64,000 nucleotides of DNA from Schmidtea polychroa (Eukaryota). Positions within the stretch are counted from its first letter, which is position 1, and every line of letters begins with the position of its first letter. The stretch covers positions 111,042,001-111,106,000 of the forward strand of contig CM097886.1 of the NCBI GenBank assembly GCA_044892525.1, written 5' to 3'. The translations under genes and the position numbers were made by a program. Of the stretch, positions 1-13,244 are shown piece after piece. Below the pieces are notes generated by a model. It made no database searches. It saw only the letters and a list, made by a program, of their open reading frames with translations, and was not told the origin of the DNA.

Positions 1-2407
1 CCCATTCGGTCAGCCATATGTCGATAGCTCGGATGAGACATGAAAAACTTTCGTTCAGAGGCTAATGCTAATTTTATGTCTTTTTTCCCATCGATATCCT
101 TTTGGCTACGATTTACAACTCCAATATATCCTAATATATCTTTCATTTTATGTTGCTTTAAACGAATAAGCTAACCTCTTCTTAAAGGAAGTAATTTATT
201 TTCTAGAATCTCTCTTGCGTCAGTTCCTTCATCCATTAAGTCTAATTTAGTTATAACTCCGATTGTTCTCAGACCTTGAGGGTCGACTTCTTTTGCAAGT
301 TTCAAAGCATCTGAGTTGGCAATATCTGAATTCGCTGGAGACACTGCGAGAATCAAGCAATTTTCCAAGGTAATAAATTCCATTATCATTGACCGAATTT
401 GCCTTTCAATATCAGGAGGTTGATCTCCAACTGCAACTTTCGTGAGTCCCGGTAAGTCAATCAAAGTTAGATTTAGAACTGAAATTTTAAGAGAAATTTT
501 TAATTAAATATGTTGTTATTCATTTATTTTTTAGAAACTCCAAATAAATTTCCTGGGTTTATTAGTTATTAAAAGTTTGCACAAAGGTTCTGATGGCCTT
601 ATGTTCTCCTAGCATCTTTTTATCTTCAACAGACTTTTCTAGATAAAGGAGAATCATAATTTATCTCTATTATAAAGTTGATCGAAAAATATCACTTCCA
701 AAGAGAGATCAACAAAATAACTAAAGAGACCATATAAGATTGTCTGTCAAGGGAGTTAGATATTTAATGCAAGGGGTGCAACATCTTACCGATATCATTC
801 ATGAGAGTTTTTGTATCATAATATTCTACTCTCAATTATAAAATTGCTAATAGCAAAATGGAATGAGTATAAATGTTAATGTAAGTGTAAATAAATAGGA
901 ACAATGAATGTATGTAAAGAGATTGTCTAGAATATAGAGGGAAATGCTTATTCCTAGGGCTGACTTTCTACACCTGTTTCAATAGCTTCACAAATATACT
1001 CAAGTATTTCACATTTCTCAATGAATTTACTACCAATTGTTTTATGAAATAACAATTCTTTCTGACAATCGACGTTGACCTCAGTACAAATTTNNNNNNN
1101 NNNNNNNNNNNNNNNNNNNNNNNNNNNNNNNNNNNNNNNNNNNNNNNNNNNNNNNNNNNNNNNNNNNNNNNNNNNNNNNNNNNNNNNNNNNNNNNNNNNN
1201 NNNNNNNNNNNNNNNNNNNNNNNNNNNNNNNNNNNNNNNNNNNNNNNNNNNNNNNNNNNNNNNNNNNNNNNNNNNNNNNNNNNNNNNNNNNNNNNNNNNN
1301 NNNNNNNNNNNNNNNNNNNNNNNNNNNNNNNNNNNNNNNNNNNNNNNNNNNNNNNNNNNNNNNNNNNNNNNNNNNNNNNNNNNNNNNNNNNNNNNNNNAC
1401 ATGCACACATAAAGTTGTGAGCACAAAAAGGAATTTATGAGTAGTGTGCATGTAAAAAATGATTTGAAATGATACGTGGTAAACAAATGAGTAAAATGAT
1501 ATGAATACTTTAATATTGAATGTTGGGATTTTTAACATTAGGATGTTAAATTCAGTGTATGTGATGTTTTGTTATAAATTATTTAACTGATTGAATTGTT
1601 ATGTTTAAGTGTAGAGTATAAAATTTAATTAAAAAGTTTTTATTTAAATTTAAAATTTTCAATTGTTTAATTTTGAATGTGTTTAGAATAAATATTTAAT
1701 TTTTTGAAAAATTAGTTTTTAAAAATAATTATATATATTTCATTTATGACTTAATAAGATTTTTTATAATGTGTTTATGTAAGCATTTAAAATTTATACA
1801 GTTCTTTCTTATCTAACTGTTGATAACAGTGAACCTGTCGAAATGTATTGTATAAGAGATGTTCGAGTGGTGATTTTAAATAATATTATTTTTTATCATT
1901 GAGTAAACTAACCATGAGGTGAGTACACTCGCAAGTTAATAGGGACACTAGAAATCCCCTTGTTGCTACCAGTTAGTCTATCAGTTTCCGCCTCGATTTC
2001 CTTTCTTACTTCATCAAAATCTGTAAACTTTTTATTTTTGCAATGAATAAATTCGGCATATTCTAAATGTTGAGTGGGAAAGATAAATAATCAAAGATAG
2101 ACGAATGAAATGCCAACCAGAATTGGAAAAATTCAATTGCAAAACCAGCGGCCGACGAGTTACTATTCCACTGCCTCGAGGCAAAAAGTCTCTGTGAAAT
2201 TATCATAGAATATCTGTTCAAAGAAATTCGAATTCAAGTTTACCTTCCAACAAAATTCTCTAAAACGCTACTTTTGCCAGCGCTCTGGCTGCCAACGACA
2301 GCAATTTGTGGTAAATCCAAATTTATTGGAATGCCGATTGATGAAAACGCATCCTGCAATTTATTCACAATTGGAATCAACATTTCCATTCCAGAATTTC
2401 CTTCCAT
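1..2407 (-). CDS. DNM1: Classical dynamin GTPase, 5' part (exons 2407-2244, 2191-2118, 2062-1913, 478-176, 130-<1); continues beyond the window
   Basis: Spliced translation [21 protein letters not shown]...[23 protein letters not shown]|[15 protein letters not shown]...|EYAEF...YSPH|[11 protein letters not shown]...TKLD...PLRRG|[14 protein letters not shown]...[12 protein letters not shown]. All four introns are GT..AG with consistent phase. DNM1/2/3 cannot be distinguished (shibire-like orthologue). Confidence 0.97.
1094..1398. other. Assembly gap (N run)
   Basis: Run of n. Confidence 1.
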
Positions 2408-2846
2408 CGCTAATTTATTATCAGATATCTATTTCGAAATTCAGCAATTCAAAAATGAAACAATAAACATTTAAATGATTCAGATAAACAAATTATAAAT
2501 AAGCAATTTTTAAAGTATTACAAAATAAAAACCACTAGAATAAAATTTGATAAATCTACAATTTAAATTTTTGAATTTTTAAGTATATGAATTTAAATTT
2601 TATAGTTAATTTTAAAGTAGTAATAGTAATTGTAAATTATAAAAAGAATTTTTCATCTTTTGTGCAAAAACTAAAGCGACCTTGAATTTGTTTGGTGGTA
2701 CTGATCATACAGCGACATGCCTCCGATAAATGTCGATTTTAAACACCAGTTTAAACTATATTAAAAAATATGACTGATAGGAAAATAATTTAACAGATTT
2801 TAACTAAAAATGATACAGAAAATACGAAAGTTTATCACGAAATTAA

Positions 2847-3067
2847 CCCTTTCCCATATCCACTTTAATTCTTGCCAATTTTTTTGGCTTAACACTCATG
2901 GCAAGAATACCTCGACACCAACTTCACTTCTTTCCAATGTGTGGTTCCTGAGATAGGTGGACCAAATCATTACAAATTCCCACAAAGATTCTTGTAATTC
3001 CACAAAATTATCTAAATTAAATATTAGTAGAAGATAAAAAAGGGGAAATTAAGGTGAATTGAAAGGG
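2847..3067. mobile_element. Possible degenerate piggyBac-type MITE
   Basis: TTAA|CCCTTTC at the left and GAAAGGG|TTGA at the right; only a 7-bp TIR and an imperfect TSD. Confidence 0.3.
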
Positions 3068-3934
3068 TTGAAATGTTAAACAAGATATGCACGGGGAAAA
3101 TAAAATATTAACGACTTCCTCGAATCATTATTAGCATGGAAAAATCATTAAGTTTAAAAATCATGATTCCAAAATCAGCAGAAAATAAACCATTATAAAT
3201 TATTGAAAATATAATATTGCAATTTGTCAATTTGTTTTAACACGTCAAGAAAAGTTATATATCAATTAAAAGTCATATTTAAAATTAACTTATGAAAATA
3301 ATTTACGAAAATGATTCCATAAAAATTGAAAGATTTGAAAGAAATAGCGTAACAAAGTTATTTAATAACTCATTAAAACTTCTACTACATATGGTGGGTT
3401 ACGTGTGGTGAGAATCTTTCACTTATGAATGATTACCTATTCCACACTTTCGCTATATTATATTCGCTATATTATTTACCCATTGCAACCGCGTATAAAC
3501 TAAACGTCACTTGAACCACTTGAACCAGATAATAATTTTAAGGATATACATTGGCAATTCACTCATACTAGGACTTTAAACTCGAATGGTATGGAAGGCC
3601 AGAATGGTCGATGCAACTAAGGTATATATCCCACGGGCAAGGTGCATCAATGTGGATCCAACAAAAAAACATGATATAGTCCACTACATTACTAAAATCT
3701 TAATATAGTAGAACAAACTAGCTTGCGAACCTAACATAAAATCAATTCCAAAATTTCCCAGTTCTACCCCAACAATTTAGATAACATTCACTGTTTTTTT
3801 TTATATGATTTTTATATTTTTATTTGTGTTTTAATTTTTTTGTCATTATTTATAAAAATATTTTTATTGTAATTTGTTATTCCTATTTTTATTTTCATTA
3901 TGTATTGATTAATTGAAATAATAGATGTAAATAA

Positions 3935-4870
3935 TGTTGGGTTATTGCGTTGGTGACAATATTTGTAAATTCAAACTTTTTCCCCATAGCGTGTTTTATT
4001 AATTCACGAATTAAATATCCCGAACAAGATAAGCTTTATTAATATTCACAATAGATTGCACAAGTTACAACCAATTAACCGCACCGAGCTTATTGCGACA
4101 CTACTACAACAACAATAATCACTAGCCGTTAACCAACTCAATTACAGGGTACGTTGATCAATTGTTCTATTTTCTTTGACCACAAATTTACTCACTCCAA
4201 TTCCACTTTATATTCAATTCTACAAAAGATTCTCGTCACTTTCCCAACCAATTAGGTATTATCAACAGTTCTCTTCTGTCACTCAGGGTTTACTCTGTTT
4301 TTGACTCGGTTTAATTCTCTTTTTAATTACTCATTTTAATTCTCCCTTTGATTTTCCTTTTAACTCTCGTTAATTTTCCCGTTAATTCTAATATTCTAAC
4401 TCTCTTCTGTGTTTCTAACTTCTGTGCCTCCCTTTTATAGTTGCCCCATTTGTGGTACTTGAGATAATGTTGTTTTCCATTTTCCTTTTCCTCTCTATTC
4501 CCCAATATTTCAGCCTTATCTCTGACAAATGTAAAGATATGTCCTGTTTTTTCCTTTTCGTGTTGTGCCGACTTTCCTGCCATTTCGCTAACTTTGGCAA
4601 GATACGGCTTTTTCCCATATTTTTGTTTTTCTGGAATTTGAAATTCCTCCTCCGTTTGTACTTCTTAATTAACAATGACCTTTGTTTTAATTTCTTGTTT
4701 GTTTGTTTTATTTGATTTATCTTTCTCATTTTTCATTTCTTTTTACTTCCGCTTTCTTCTCCGAGTTCTTCTAAATCGTCCCATTTGTCATGACGATTTC
4801 CCCCACGTAATTTACTTATTTATTATATAATTGATTATATAATATCCCCTTTAAAAAATTCGTCCTCGAA
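3935..4870 (-). mobile_element. Probable 3' LTR plus PPT of a minus-strand Ty3/Gypsy element
   Basis: Minus strand reads TTCGAGGACGAATTTTTTAAAGGGGATA (same motif and PPT as at 58052-58088), then about 0.9 kb ending AACCCAACA (same end as the LTR at 56989). The LTR starts TT rather than TG. Confidence 0.5.
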
Positions 4871-5320
4871 TTAAATTAAAATTTTAAATTTAGTTTTTTG
4901 TCTCTAATGTAATATAGCCTGATTATAAATTTCCCCATATTTATTGGAGGTTCTCGCTACGTAGCTGTATTAGTTATCTCCAAATTGCATATGTTTTGTG
5001 ATAATACTAAATAAAATAGTGACTCCCCCATGAAAACTACTTTGGTGATAAAATTTGGGTTAATCTAACTACATCCATTATCGCCATTATTATTTTACGA
5101 CAATAACAATTACTACTAACACTATCAAAAACGGATAACAATACTCCAATAATAGTGATAATAACAATTAACCATATCAATAATAATAATAGTGCCATGC
5201 GCGTACGCAGGGGGGTTACTGAGGGTTTAACCCCCCCCCCCCATGATTCCAACAACAATTTAAAAAACTATAATTAATAAATATATAAACTTAAAACAAT
5301 TTAAGAAATATTCCGAATGC

Positions 5321-5322
<2 letters not shown>

Positions 5323-5392
<70 letters not shown>
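5323..5392. repeat. (AT)n microsatellite
   Basis: Continuous atatat run of about 70 bp. Confidence 0.95.
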
Positions 5393-5399
<7 letters not shown>

Positions 5400-5729
5400 A
5401 TAGTAATAATGTACATTCTATTACTAATAATAATAATTGCAGGACCCAAACAGTCGCGGTTTTAAATTTTCAAACGTGTAGTTTTTTAAAAAAAATTCAC
5501 ACAGTAGTGTTGCTTTGTTCAATTTACTTTGATTTTTGTTTTCTCTTGAACTAGAAGTCTAATTTTTGTTCTTACTGTTCATTTTAAAATTTGTTTTCTG
5601 TTGAGAAAGTCTAATTTCTGTTTAATGTTAATTTTAAAATTTGTTAATTCTAAATAATATTTTGTGAAGATGAATAACTAAAAAAGAAAATTAAAAAATT
5701 CTACTTTAACAAATTATTTTGTTAAAAAA

Positions 5730-7155
5730 TCTAAAACAAGTGATTTAGAAAGAACAGCTGATCAGGTTGCTCCTGTTCCTAGTGAAAATGATAGTGCTGC
5801 AGCTTCAGTAAGTGGATGTGAATGTGAGTCTCCATCAGGATCAGATTCAAATGTAATTATTAATGATATTAGTAATTTTATTGGAAAAGACCAATATGAC
5901 GATGAAAAAAGATTATTTTTGTTGAAAAACGTTTGGTATCCTGACGACAAATTTGTATTCCCAGTTAGTGGAAAACGTAATTTAAAGTTTCAATACAGCT
6001 GGTTTAGCAGGTGGAAATGGTCCATTGTGGAGATGAAATACTTAAAAATCATCTAGAGGTCTCAGGAAAAAATGCAACTTATTTGAGTCCAAGAATTCAA
6101 AACGAAATTATAAGTGCATGCAACATAATAGTTGTTCGTTCAATTGTTGCTAAAATAAATAGTGCGAAATCATTTTCGATTTTGGTTGATGAAACTAGTG
6201 ATATAGCTGGTATTGAACAATTTTCATTATGCTTTCGTTATGTAAATTCTGATTCGAATAACATCAGAGAAGATTTTTTACAGTTTGTACCTGTTACTGA
6301 TGTGACTGGTAAGGGTTTTGAATCTTGCAAATGTTTTAATGCAGACTATGCGTAATCTAGAAATAGATTCAAAATTCATGATTGAACAGGGTTACGATGG
6401 AGCTTCAGCAATGAGTGGACGATTTCAAGGGGCACAAAAATATGTTAGTGATGAAAATAAGCTAGCTTTATATGTACACTTGCATCTCATAGTTTAAACC
6501 TCGCTATTTATGATGCTTGTGAAATTTCATTTATACGAAATTGTATAGGATCACTCGGAAGTGTGTACAATTTTTTAACACCCCAAAGCGCCAAGCCGTG
6601 CTAAAAAATTGTATAGACCAAATGGAATCTGAATCAACAGCAACGCGACTAAAACAAATATGTCCCACACGATGGATTTAACGCCACGAGTCTGTCCTAG
6701 TATTTATGGAGCTTCAAAAAGCTGCAATTTCTGCAATGGAAATTATTTCTGAATGGGATGACAAAACAACTTCTTCTGCAATTCAGCTTCTATCTGTTAT
6801 TAGGAGTACAGAATTTCAAGTATCGCTTCATGTTCTTGCCAAGGTTTTTGCTATAACCCTACCGCTAAGTCGATTACTACAAACAATAAATCTTGATCTG
6901 GCCGCTGCAATGGGACTGGCAGAAAATGTTGAAGAGGTGCTAGATGAAACACGACGCAAAATAGAAAAGCAATTTAATACCATTTTCAGTGACGTCAAGA
7001 AAATATGTGACGAACTTAATGTAGAAATACGAGTTCCTCGTCTAACCGGAAGACAAGTTCATCGCTGCAACATTGTAGTTGAAAATCCTGAAGAGTATTA
7101 TCGTATTGCCATTTATATCGCTTTTTATATGCTTTTTATTTTTTTCAGAAAATAG
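5730..7155 (+). pseudogene. hAT transposase (ZMYM1/PRKRIR-like) with frameshifts, stops and deletions
   Basis: NATYLSPRIQNEII, FSILVDETSDIAGIEQFSLCFRYV, EQGYDGASAMSG, RVPRLTGRQVHR...EEYYR; split across several frames and lacking the dimerisation domain. Confidence 0.9.
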
Positions 7156-8573
7156 TCCTTTTGCTGAATATGCAATTTTTATTCTATTTTATAAGAAAAC
7201 AATACATAATTTTTAATATATGTATTGAGTTTTCTTATACAAAGATATTCATCATATGTCTAATTTTCTATTAATTTTTCTTGCTTAATTTTTTATTAAT
7301 TTTCTATAAAAAAGTTGAGAGAAAAATATACCTATAGATAATTGTTTTTATATTGAAATAAAGTGAAATATAATTTGAATATAATTTGGTAAATAGTGCT
7401 AGCTATTACGTGAAAAAATAAAAATACATATACAAAATATGTTTTCTGAACCCCCCCCCCATGGATTCATCCTGCGTACGCGCCTGAATAGTGCTATTAT
7501 TTTAATAATAATACTTATGATAATAATGATATTTTAATAATGACAAAAATAATACTGATTGTTAGACACAGTTAAATTCAAATCTTCTTCAAGCTTTTAT
7601 TTTTTATAACAACTTCAAAAACTGTGTCGTTTACTAGCGTATTTAAACACCGAGGCGTGCTAATTATTAATATTAATGTAATTACTGGTCATACCTTTAA
7701 TTGATATAATTTAATATAATTTAATATAATATGATATAATTTAATATAGAATTTAAATATAAAAATTTAACAGAAATAATTATTTCTACTAACTGATCTC
7801 ACTTCTACCATTTAACCATAATAATTTTATATAGGGGTTTACTAACTCCTTACGCTGATAATAATAATTATACCAATAATTGTAATAACAATAATCATAC
7901 TCACAACCAATACAGTAATAATAATATTAATAATATTATTATTAATACTTATCACAATAGTAATAATTGGTGTTTTATATGTTTTTGATTTTAATTAAAC
8001 TGTGTACCGACACATTTCAGCCACGAACTTAGCTTTTGGGTCTAGAACTCATTACTAACCCAACATAAAACACTCGGGCCCATAAAATTGCGATCCGCAA
8101 TTTAATCAACAGTTATGCAGAATTGGTTGCAATTTATTACAAGTGCCTTCATGCAATTTGGTTCACGAGCTACAGGGTCGTGACATCAATACCCACATAC
8201 ATAAAATTTTTCTACTGATACGCTACATGCTACAGATGGGTTTAAAGATAGAGAGAAAGAAGACCGTGGTCGGTCCAACCAAAATTAAGTCAATTAGTAA
8301 TGTTTTGATTATGTCAGTGTAATATTTTTTTTGAATCACAACAGTAGACAAATACGTTTCGATCATGGTCAAGTCATATCATTGTCGAATCACTGTCATT
8401 TAATCACATCACGATCGTTGTCGATAAAGATCATTGTCAGATTATATCAGGATCATTGTTAGTTTAAGATTAACAAAACTCGGTTGTTCGGGATCACATA
8501 TCAATACTGTCTGCTTTTTGTTGCCAAATCGTTTTAATAATAACGCTCACTACTCATCAATATAACAGTTTTG

Positions 8574-9871
8574 TTATGTCTTTTTCGCTGAATGAGATGT
8601 GTTTGTGATTTGTCTGTGTTTCAGTTCGTTCTTGTGTTTTGTATTTTGGGTGGTTGTTTTAGGGTTTTGGTTGTGGTGATCGTTGAATGTGGGTGTTTTG
8701 TTTTCGTGATATGGTTTTAATCTGAGTATGTTTATTTTGATTTGTTTATTGTCTTTTATGATTGTACCGACGTTTTTGTACATATTTAATAGTTTGTACG
8801 GGCCTTCGCACTTTGTTTCAAATCTGCTGGTGAAAGGTTTCTTTACTATGACCATGTCTATTATTAATTCTGTTTGGTTTTGTGTTTGTTGAAGGTTTCT
8901 GTTTTTCAGAATGCTTTTTTGTTTGGGTATTTGTGGTTCGTTATCGTTAGTTTTTATTGTGTTTTCGTTTTCGTCTTTTAAGTTTGGTAGGTTTGTATTG
9001 TGTCAGAAAACTGATTGGCTAGGACTTTTATTGTTTAAGCTTGAAGGGTTGTTTCGTAATCATATTAGTATTTCTGGAAATTTTTCTAACCAGTTGTTGT
9101 TATTGTTCGTTTTTGTTCTGATTGCTTGTTTTATTGATCAGTGTAATCTCTCAGCTTTTCCATTTGATTGTGGATTGTATGCCGTTGTTCTGATTTTGGT
9201 GATGTTATATTTGTTGCAAAGTCCTTTGAAAATGTTGGATTCGAACTGTCTACCCTTATCGCTGTTTATTGTTTTTGGGCAGCCATACTGTGCGAACCAG
9301 TTTAGTTCAAATTTACTGCATATATTTGCCTGCTGATATTTCTTTCATGGACATGTCTTCAAACTAATTTGTTTTCGGTCTATTATAGATTATAAATACT
9401 TATGTTTGTTATTTGGGGTTAAAGGACCGACTATGTCAATATGTATCGTTTCTAAGTGTTCTGAACTTGGAAATTCTATTTCTGTTGATTTGAATTGTTT
9501 GGTTGTTATTTTGTTCTTTTGCCACTGTGGGCAGTTTTTTACGAACGTTTTTACGTCCCTTCTAGTATATAAGGCCAAACGACTTTGAAATGCAGGAGTT
9601 CGTATGTGGCTCTATATGTTGTGATATTTCTGGAGGTAATGATCACGGAGTTCTGGTGGTACTATGATCATTTTGTTGTTTTCGTTTGAAGTGTCATACC
9701 AGATGCCGTCTATTTCTTCCCGTTGGAGTGATTTCAACTTTGGAATCTCGGTTATTAATTGTTTTTGTTTAGCTTTTAAATTTTCCAACTCTATGATTGG
9801 TGGTATGTTAAGTGCATTGAAATTGGTTTCTATTCTTGAAATTGCATCTGCACTTATGTTAGCTGAATCTG

Positions 9872-9943
<72 letters not shown>

Positions 9944-10035
9944 TTATATATATATATTTTAATAAACGCAATGAACATTAAAAACCCTTCACTGAGACAA
10001 ATAAGACAACTAAACTATATCTCACAATTTAATTG

Positions 10036-10091
<56 letters not shown>

Positions 10092-11450
10092 CAATTAAAT
10101 TGTGAGATATAGTTTAGTTGTCTTATTTGTCTCAGTGAAGGGTTTTGAATGTTCATTGCGTTTATTAAGGGTTTATGATCACTTCAAACTCTTTTCCTTC
10201 CAATAGGTATTGGAAGTGTCTGATTACATCATGTAACGCTAATAACTCCTTGTCAAATGTGGAGTTTCTCACTTATTGCGTTTTTAATTTCTTTGAAAAG
10301 AAATCTGTTGGTGGTTTTTCGTTGTTTTGTTCTTGTAATATTGTTCCGCCCATTGCTAATCCCAAACAGTGTGTGTTGACGATGTATGGTAATTCTTGGT
10401 TGGGATAGCTTGGAATACTTGCGTTTTTCAGGCTTTCTTTTGCCTGTTCGAAAGCTGTTATTAGTTTTTCATTCCAATTTAGTTTAATGTTTCTCTTTAT
10501 TTTGTTCAGTTCGTTGAGAGGGGCTAGCATTTCACTATATTTTGGTATGTTTTGTGATAGAAGTTGATCTTGCCAACAAAGCGTCTTAACTCTTTTGTTG
10601 TTTTGGGTAAAGGATAGTTTTTGATGACTTTAATTTTGTCATTTAATGGTTTTGTTTCGGCTTCGTTTAACAGATGTCCCAGAAATTTTATTTCTGTTTA
10701 CAAAAATTCTCATTTTTTATGTTAATTTTTAGTTCATGTTTGTTTAGTATTTCGAAATTTTTTTTAATGTTTTGTATGTGTTCTGTTTTGTTTGTTGATG
10801 CTATCAAGATGTCATCTAGATATGCGACTGTGTTTTGTTGATTTCGAAATATTTGGTCCATGAAGCGTTGAAAGTGGTTGCTGAGTTTTTTAATCCAAAA
10901 TGCATTGTGTTATATTCGAAAAGATCTTTTGGTGTGGTAATGAGTGTGTGTTTGCATTGTTGGTGTTTGGGTTGTAATGGTAGTTAATGTTTTGCGATGT
11001 ATGAGCATTTTCGTAATTATTAGGTATCTAGGTAGTGTTTGTCGGGTTTTGTTGATTTAATGCCATTTCGTTTTATTGTTTTTTTATATTGTTTGCTGTG
11101 ATAAAAAAATAGTTTATTTGAAGGATATGGCCTACTGTGTTTCGTCCAAAAGTGTCACTAACCTTTATAGTTCTATAATAACTGCGCTAAAAGGTTTCGT
11201 GATTGAAAAACAAATGCCGAATGCGGGTATGTTGTTGTGTTTATTTCTGACACCAGTTGTTAATGTATAATCTAATTCTATAGTATTATCTTATTAACTT
11301 ATTAAATTGTTGACTTGCTGTTGAACCGAACCGAGCCACCTGTAAAAATTACTGTCTTGTGACAGTTGAAGTGCTTGTATGTATGATAAATAGTACAAAA
11401 GTAAATAACAATAACAATATCCAATTACTTAATTAACAAAATTACTTACA
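8574..11450 (-). mobile_element. Degenerate Ty3/Gypsy element, relative of 23507-29598, with a large gag-PR-RT deletion
   Basis: Minus strand: LTR end CATTAACA, PBS TGGTGTCAGAA (about 11245-11255), leader similar to 24230-24330, then RT (AYLDDILI), RNase H, integrase (IHIDIVGP, YNPQSNGKAERLH) and the KKPFTSRFETKCEGPYKLL tail; many frameshifts. Confidence 0.9.
9959..10168. repeat. Fold-back inverted duplication (arms of about 80 bp around an (AT)n core)
   Basis: 9959-10040 is the reverse complement of 10087-10168 (1 mismatch); a second (AT)n tract lies at 9873-9941. Confidence 0.95.
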
Positions 11451-12000
11451 ATGGTTTAAATTCAGTTCAAAATCATAATACATGATAAAAATACCGAATA
11501 GGTATAAAATAATCTCCTTTAAAGTTTTTTAAATTTCGCTAGTGATTATCAACTGTACGATTTTCTGTTGAAGTTACTTGGTACTTTTCTGATTCTTTCT
11601 TATTTGCTTTGTATTGACTTTTTTAATTCAATTTTTTATTTTATCAATTTTTCTACCTGGGTAAATTATCACTATATAATTTTTTTAAAATTTAAACCCC
11701 GCACGTACACGCGATTATAACAATAGAAACTGGCTACAAATTCTAATATTGTTTAAGAAAAATAATATAATTACAAGTGAATAATCAGGGGAAGTGCTAT
11801 AGCGCCATTTAGAAGACAAAATAAAACTTTCTGATACTTAATCAACGAAACATTAATGCGCTTTATATGGTATGACATTCCTCGCAAGTCCAATCAACTA
11901 AGTGAGAAGCCCAGACTAAGAATTCCCTATTTATGTATTAAACAAGGAAAATATGGGAACCAACAGACGATATTCTTCCCGGAATATCAATTGAAATTAT

Positions 12001-13244
12001 TCAACAATTAAGAGATTCAAATAGATCGTCACTATTCGTAAATAAAATACAGTGAAACACAACCAGTCGGTGTCCAACATGTTTCGTAAACAAATTCACG
12101 ACTATTTTATTTACGTCTAAATCTGCATTTTTAAGTTCATCCACGACATTTTGGCATATTTCTGCACCCGTTGTTGTTCCAGATAATTTGGTTAGTTTTA
12201 TTAGTTCTTCGCGCATTTCGTTTTCTTTCGGATATCTAGCAATGATGGATAATCGAGCAGACGATGTTACATCAGTACTCTCGTCCGGCAAATAGAGAAG
12301 GCCTGACATAACTTGATGTCTTCTTTTAATTGATTCCCAATATTTGAATTCAAGTTAATTATTCTCTCTTTTACTGTATTTCGACTAATTGGCAGATATT
12401 TTATTCGCTCAAAAATTTGTCTTTATTTGGAAAATCCTCAAACCAATACGGTGCACATTCTAGCCAAAAATCTTTGATGTAATCACCATCACTGAAAGAC
12501 TTTCCATGCTTAGCTATTATTTCGGAAACTTCAAAACTTGCAGACACTCAGTTAACTTTTAACGAACTTTACAAACGAACAGGATTGTAAATTTGCATTT
12601 TTTAACTGACGCAATATATATTCTTTTTGTTCATCTTCGCTTTTCCCAAGAAGCCACTTGTGATTACTTTCATAGTGACGTTTAACTGAAGATGTTCGAC
12701 AAACAACGCTTTCAGAACACAAGACACACAAGGCCTTACTTTGTTTGTTGATTACTCCATATCGTTCAGTCCACCAATCTTGGAATTCCCTGCCACTATC
12801 TTCTTCTGAAAGTTTTATTATTTTTGCTTTGAACACGACATTTTATTTAGCAAAATTTCTATTTTTAAATTATTAAATATTTACAAATCGAATTAAATCT
12901 TTCACAAATGATAATATCAACATGATGTCTGCGTCATCAAATTCGTGCGCATCTTAACTTGTTTATTTTTACTTGTTAAAACAAATGCGGAATATACAAA
13001 AAATGATAGAAAATAATTTATAGATTTAATCATAAGAAATATATATTCTGCCATCTAAAAATGACCTATTGTTCGATTCCTAGTGAAAGGTTTCTAAAAT
13101 ATTTGCACAATTAAATCATGCTGAAGTGTTAAATTGCGATTTCAATGATTTTATACTACTAAAATTTACACAAATTTGTTTTGATCTTAAAGGTTTGGCG
13201 TGCCACACGAAATCGTCTCAAGTGCCATAGGTTCTCCAGCGCTG
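12001..13244 (-). mobile_element. hAT (Buster/SPIN, GTF2IRD2-like) 5' half with transposase pseudogene
   Basis: 5' terminus CAGCGCTGGAGAACCTATGGCAC on the minus strand at 13244; BED-like CVLCSESV...KRHYESNH; DESTDVTSSARLSIIARY and GTTTGAEI; no 3' end found. Confidence 0.88.

Larger units (their letters stand above)
5196..7486 (+). mobile_element. hAT DNA transposon, internally deleted
   Basis: 16-bp TIRs CATGCGCGTACGCAGG / CCTGCGTACGCGCCTG (1 mismatch); exact 8-bp TSD AATAGTGC (5188-5195, 7487-7494). Confidence 0.93.

Noticed and set aside
954-1538. Long ORFs spanning N runs (also at 22429-22653 and 41182-42760)
   Set aside because: Their length is an artefact of X codons from assembly gaps
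8911-9336. Hydrophobic ORFs antisense to Gypsy, NeSL and other A-rich coding strands (e.g. 24506-24973, 27989-28456, 36005-36346, 43706-44095)
   Set aside because: Shadow frames caused by strand compositional bias; no motifs
9612-9971. IYIYIY-repeat proteins
   Set aside because: Translation of (AT)n microsatellites
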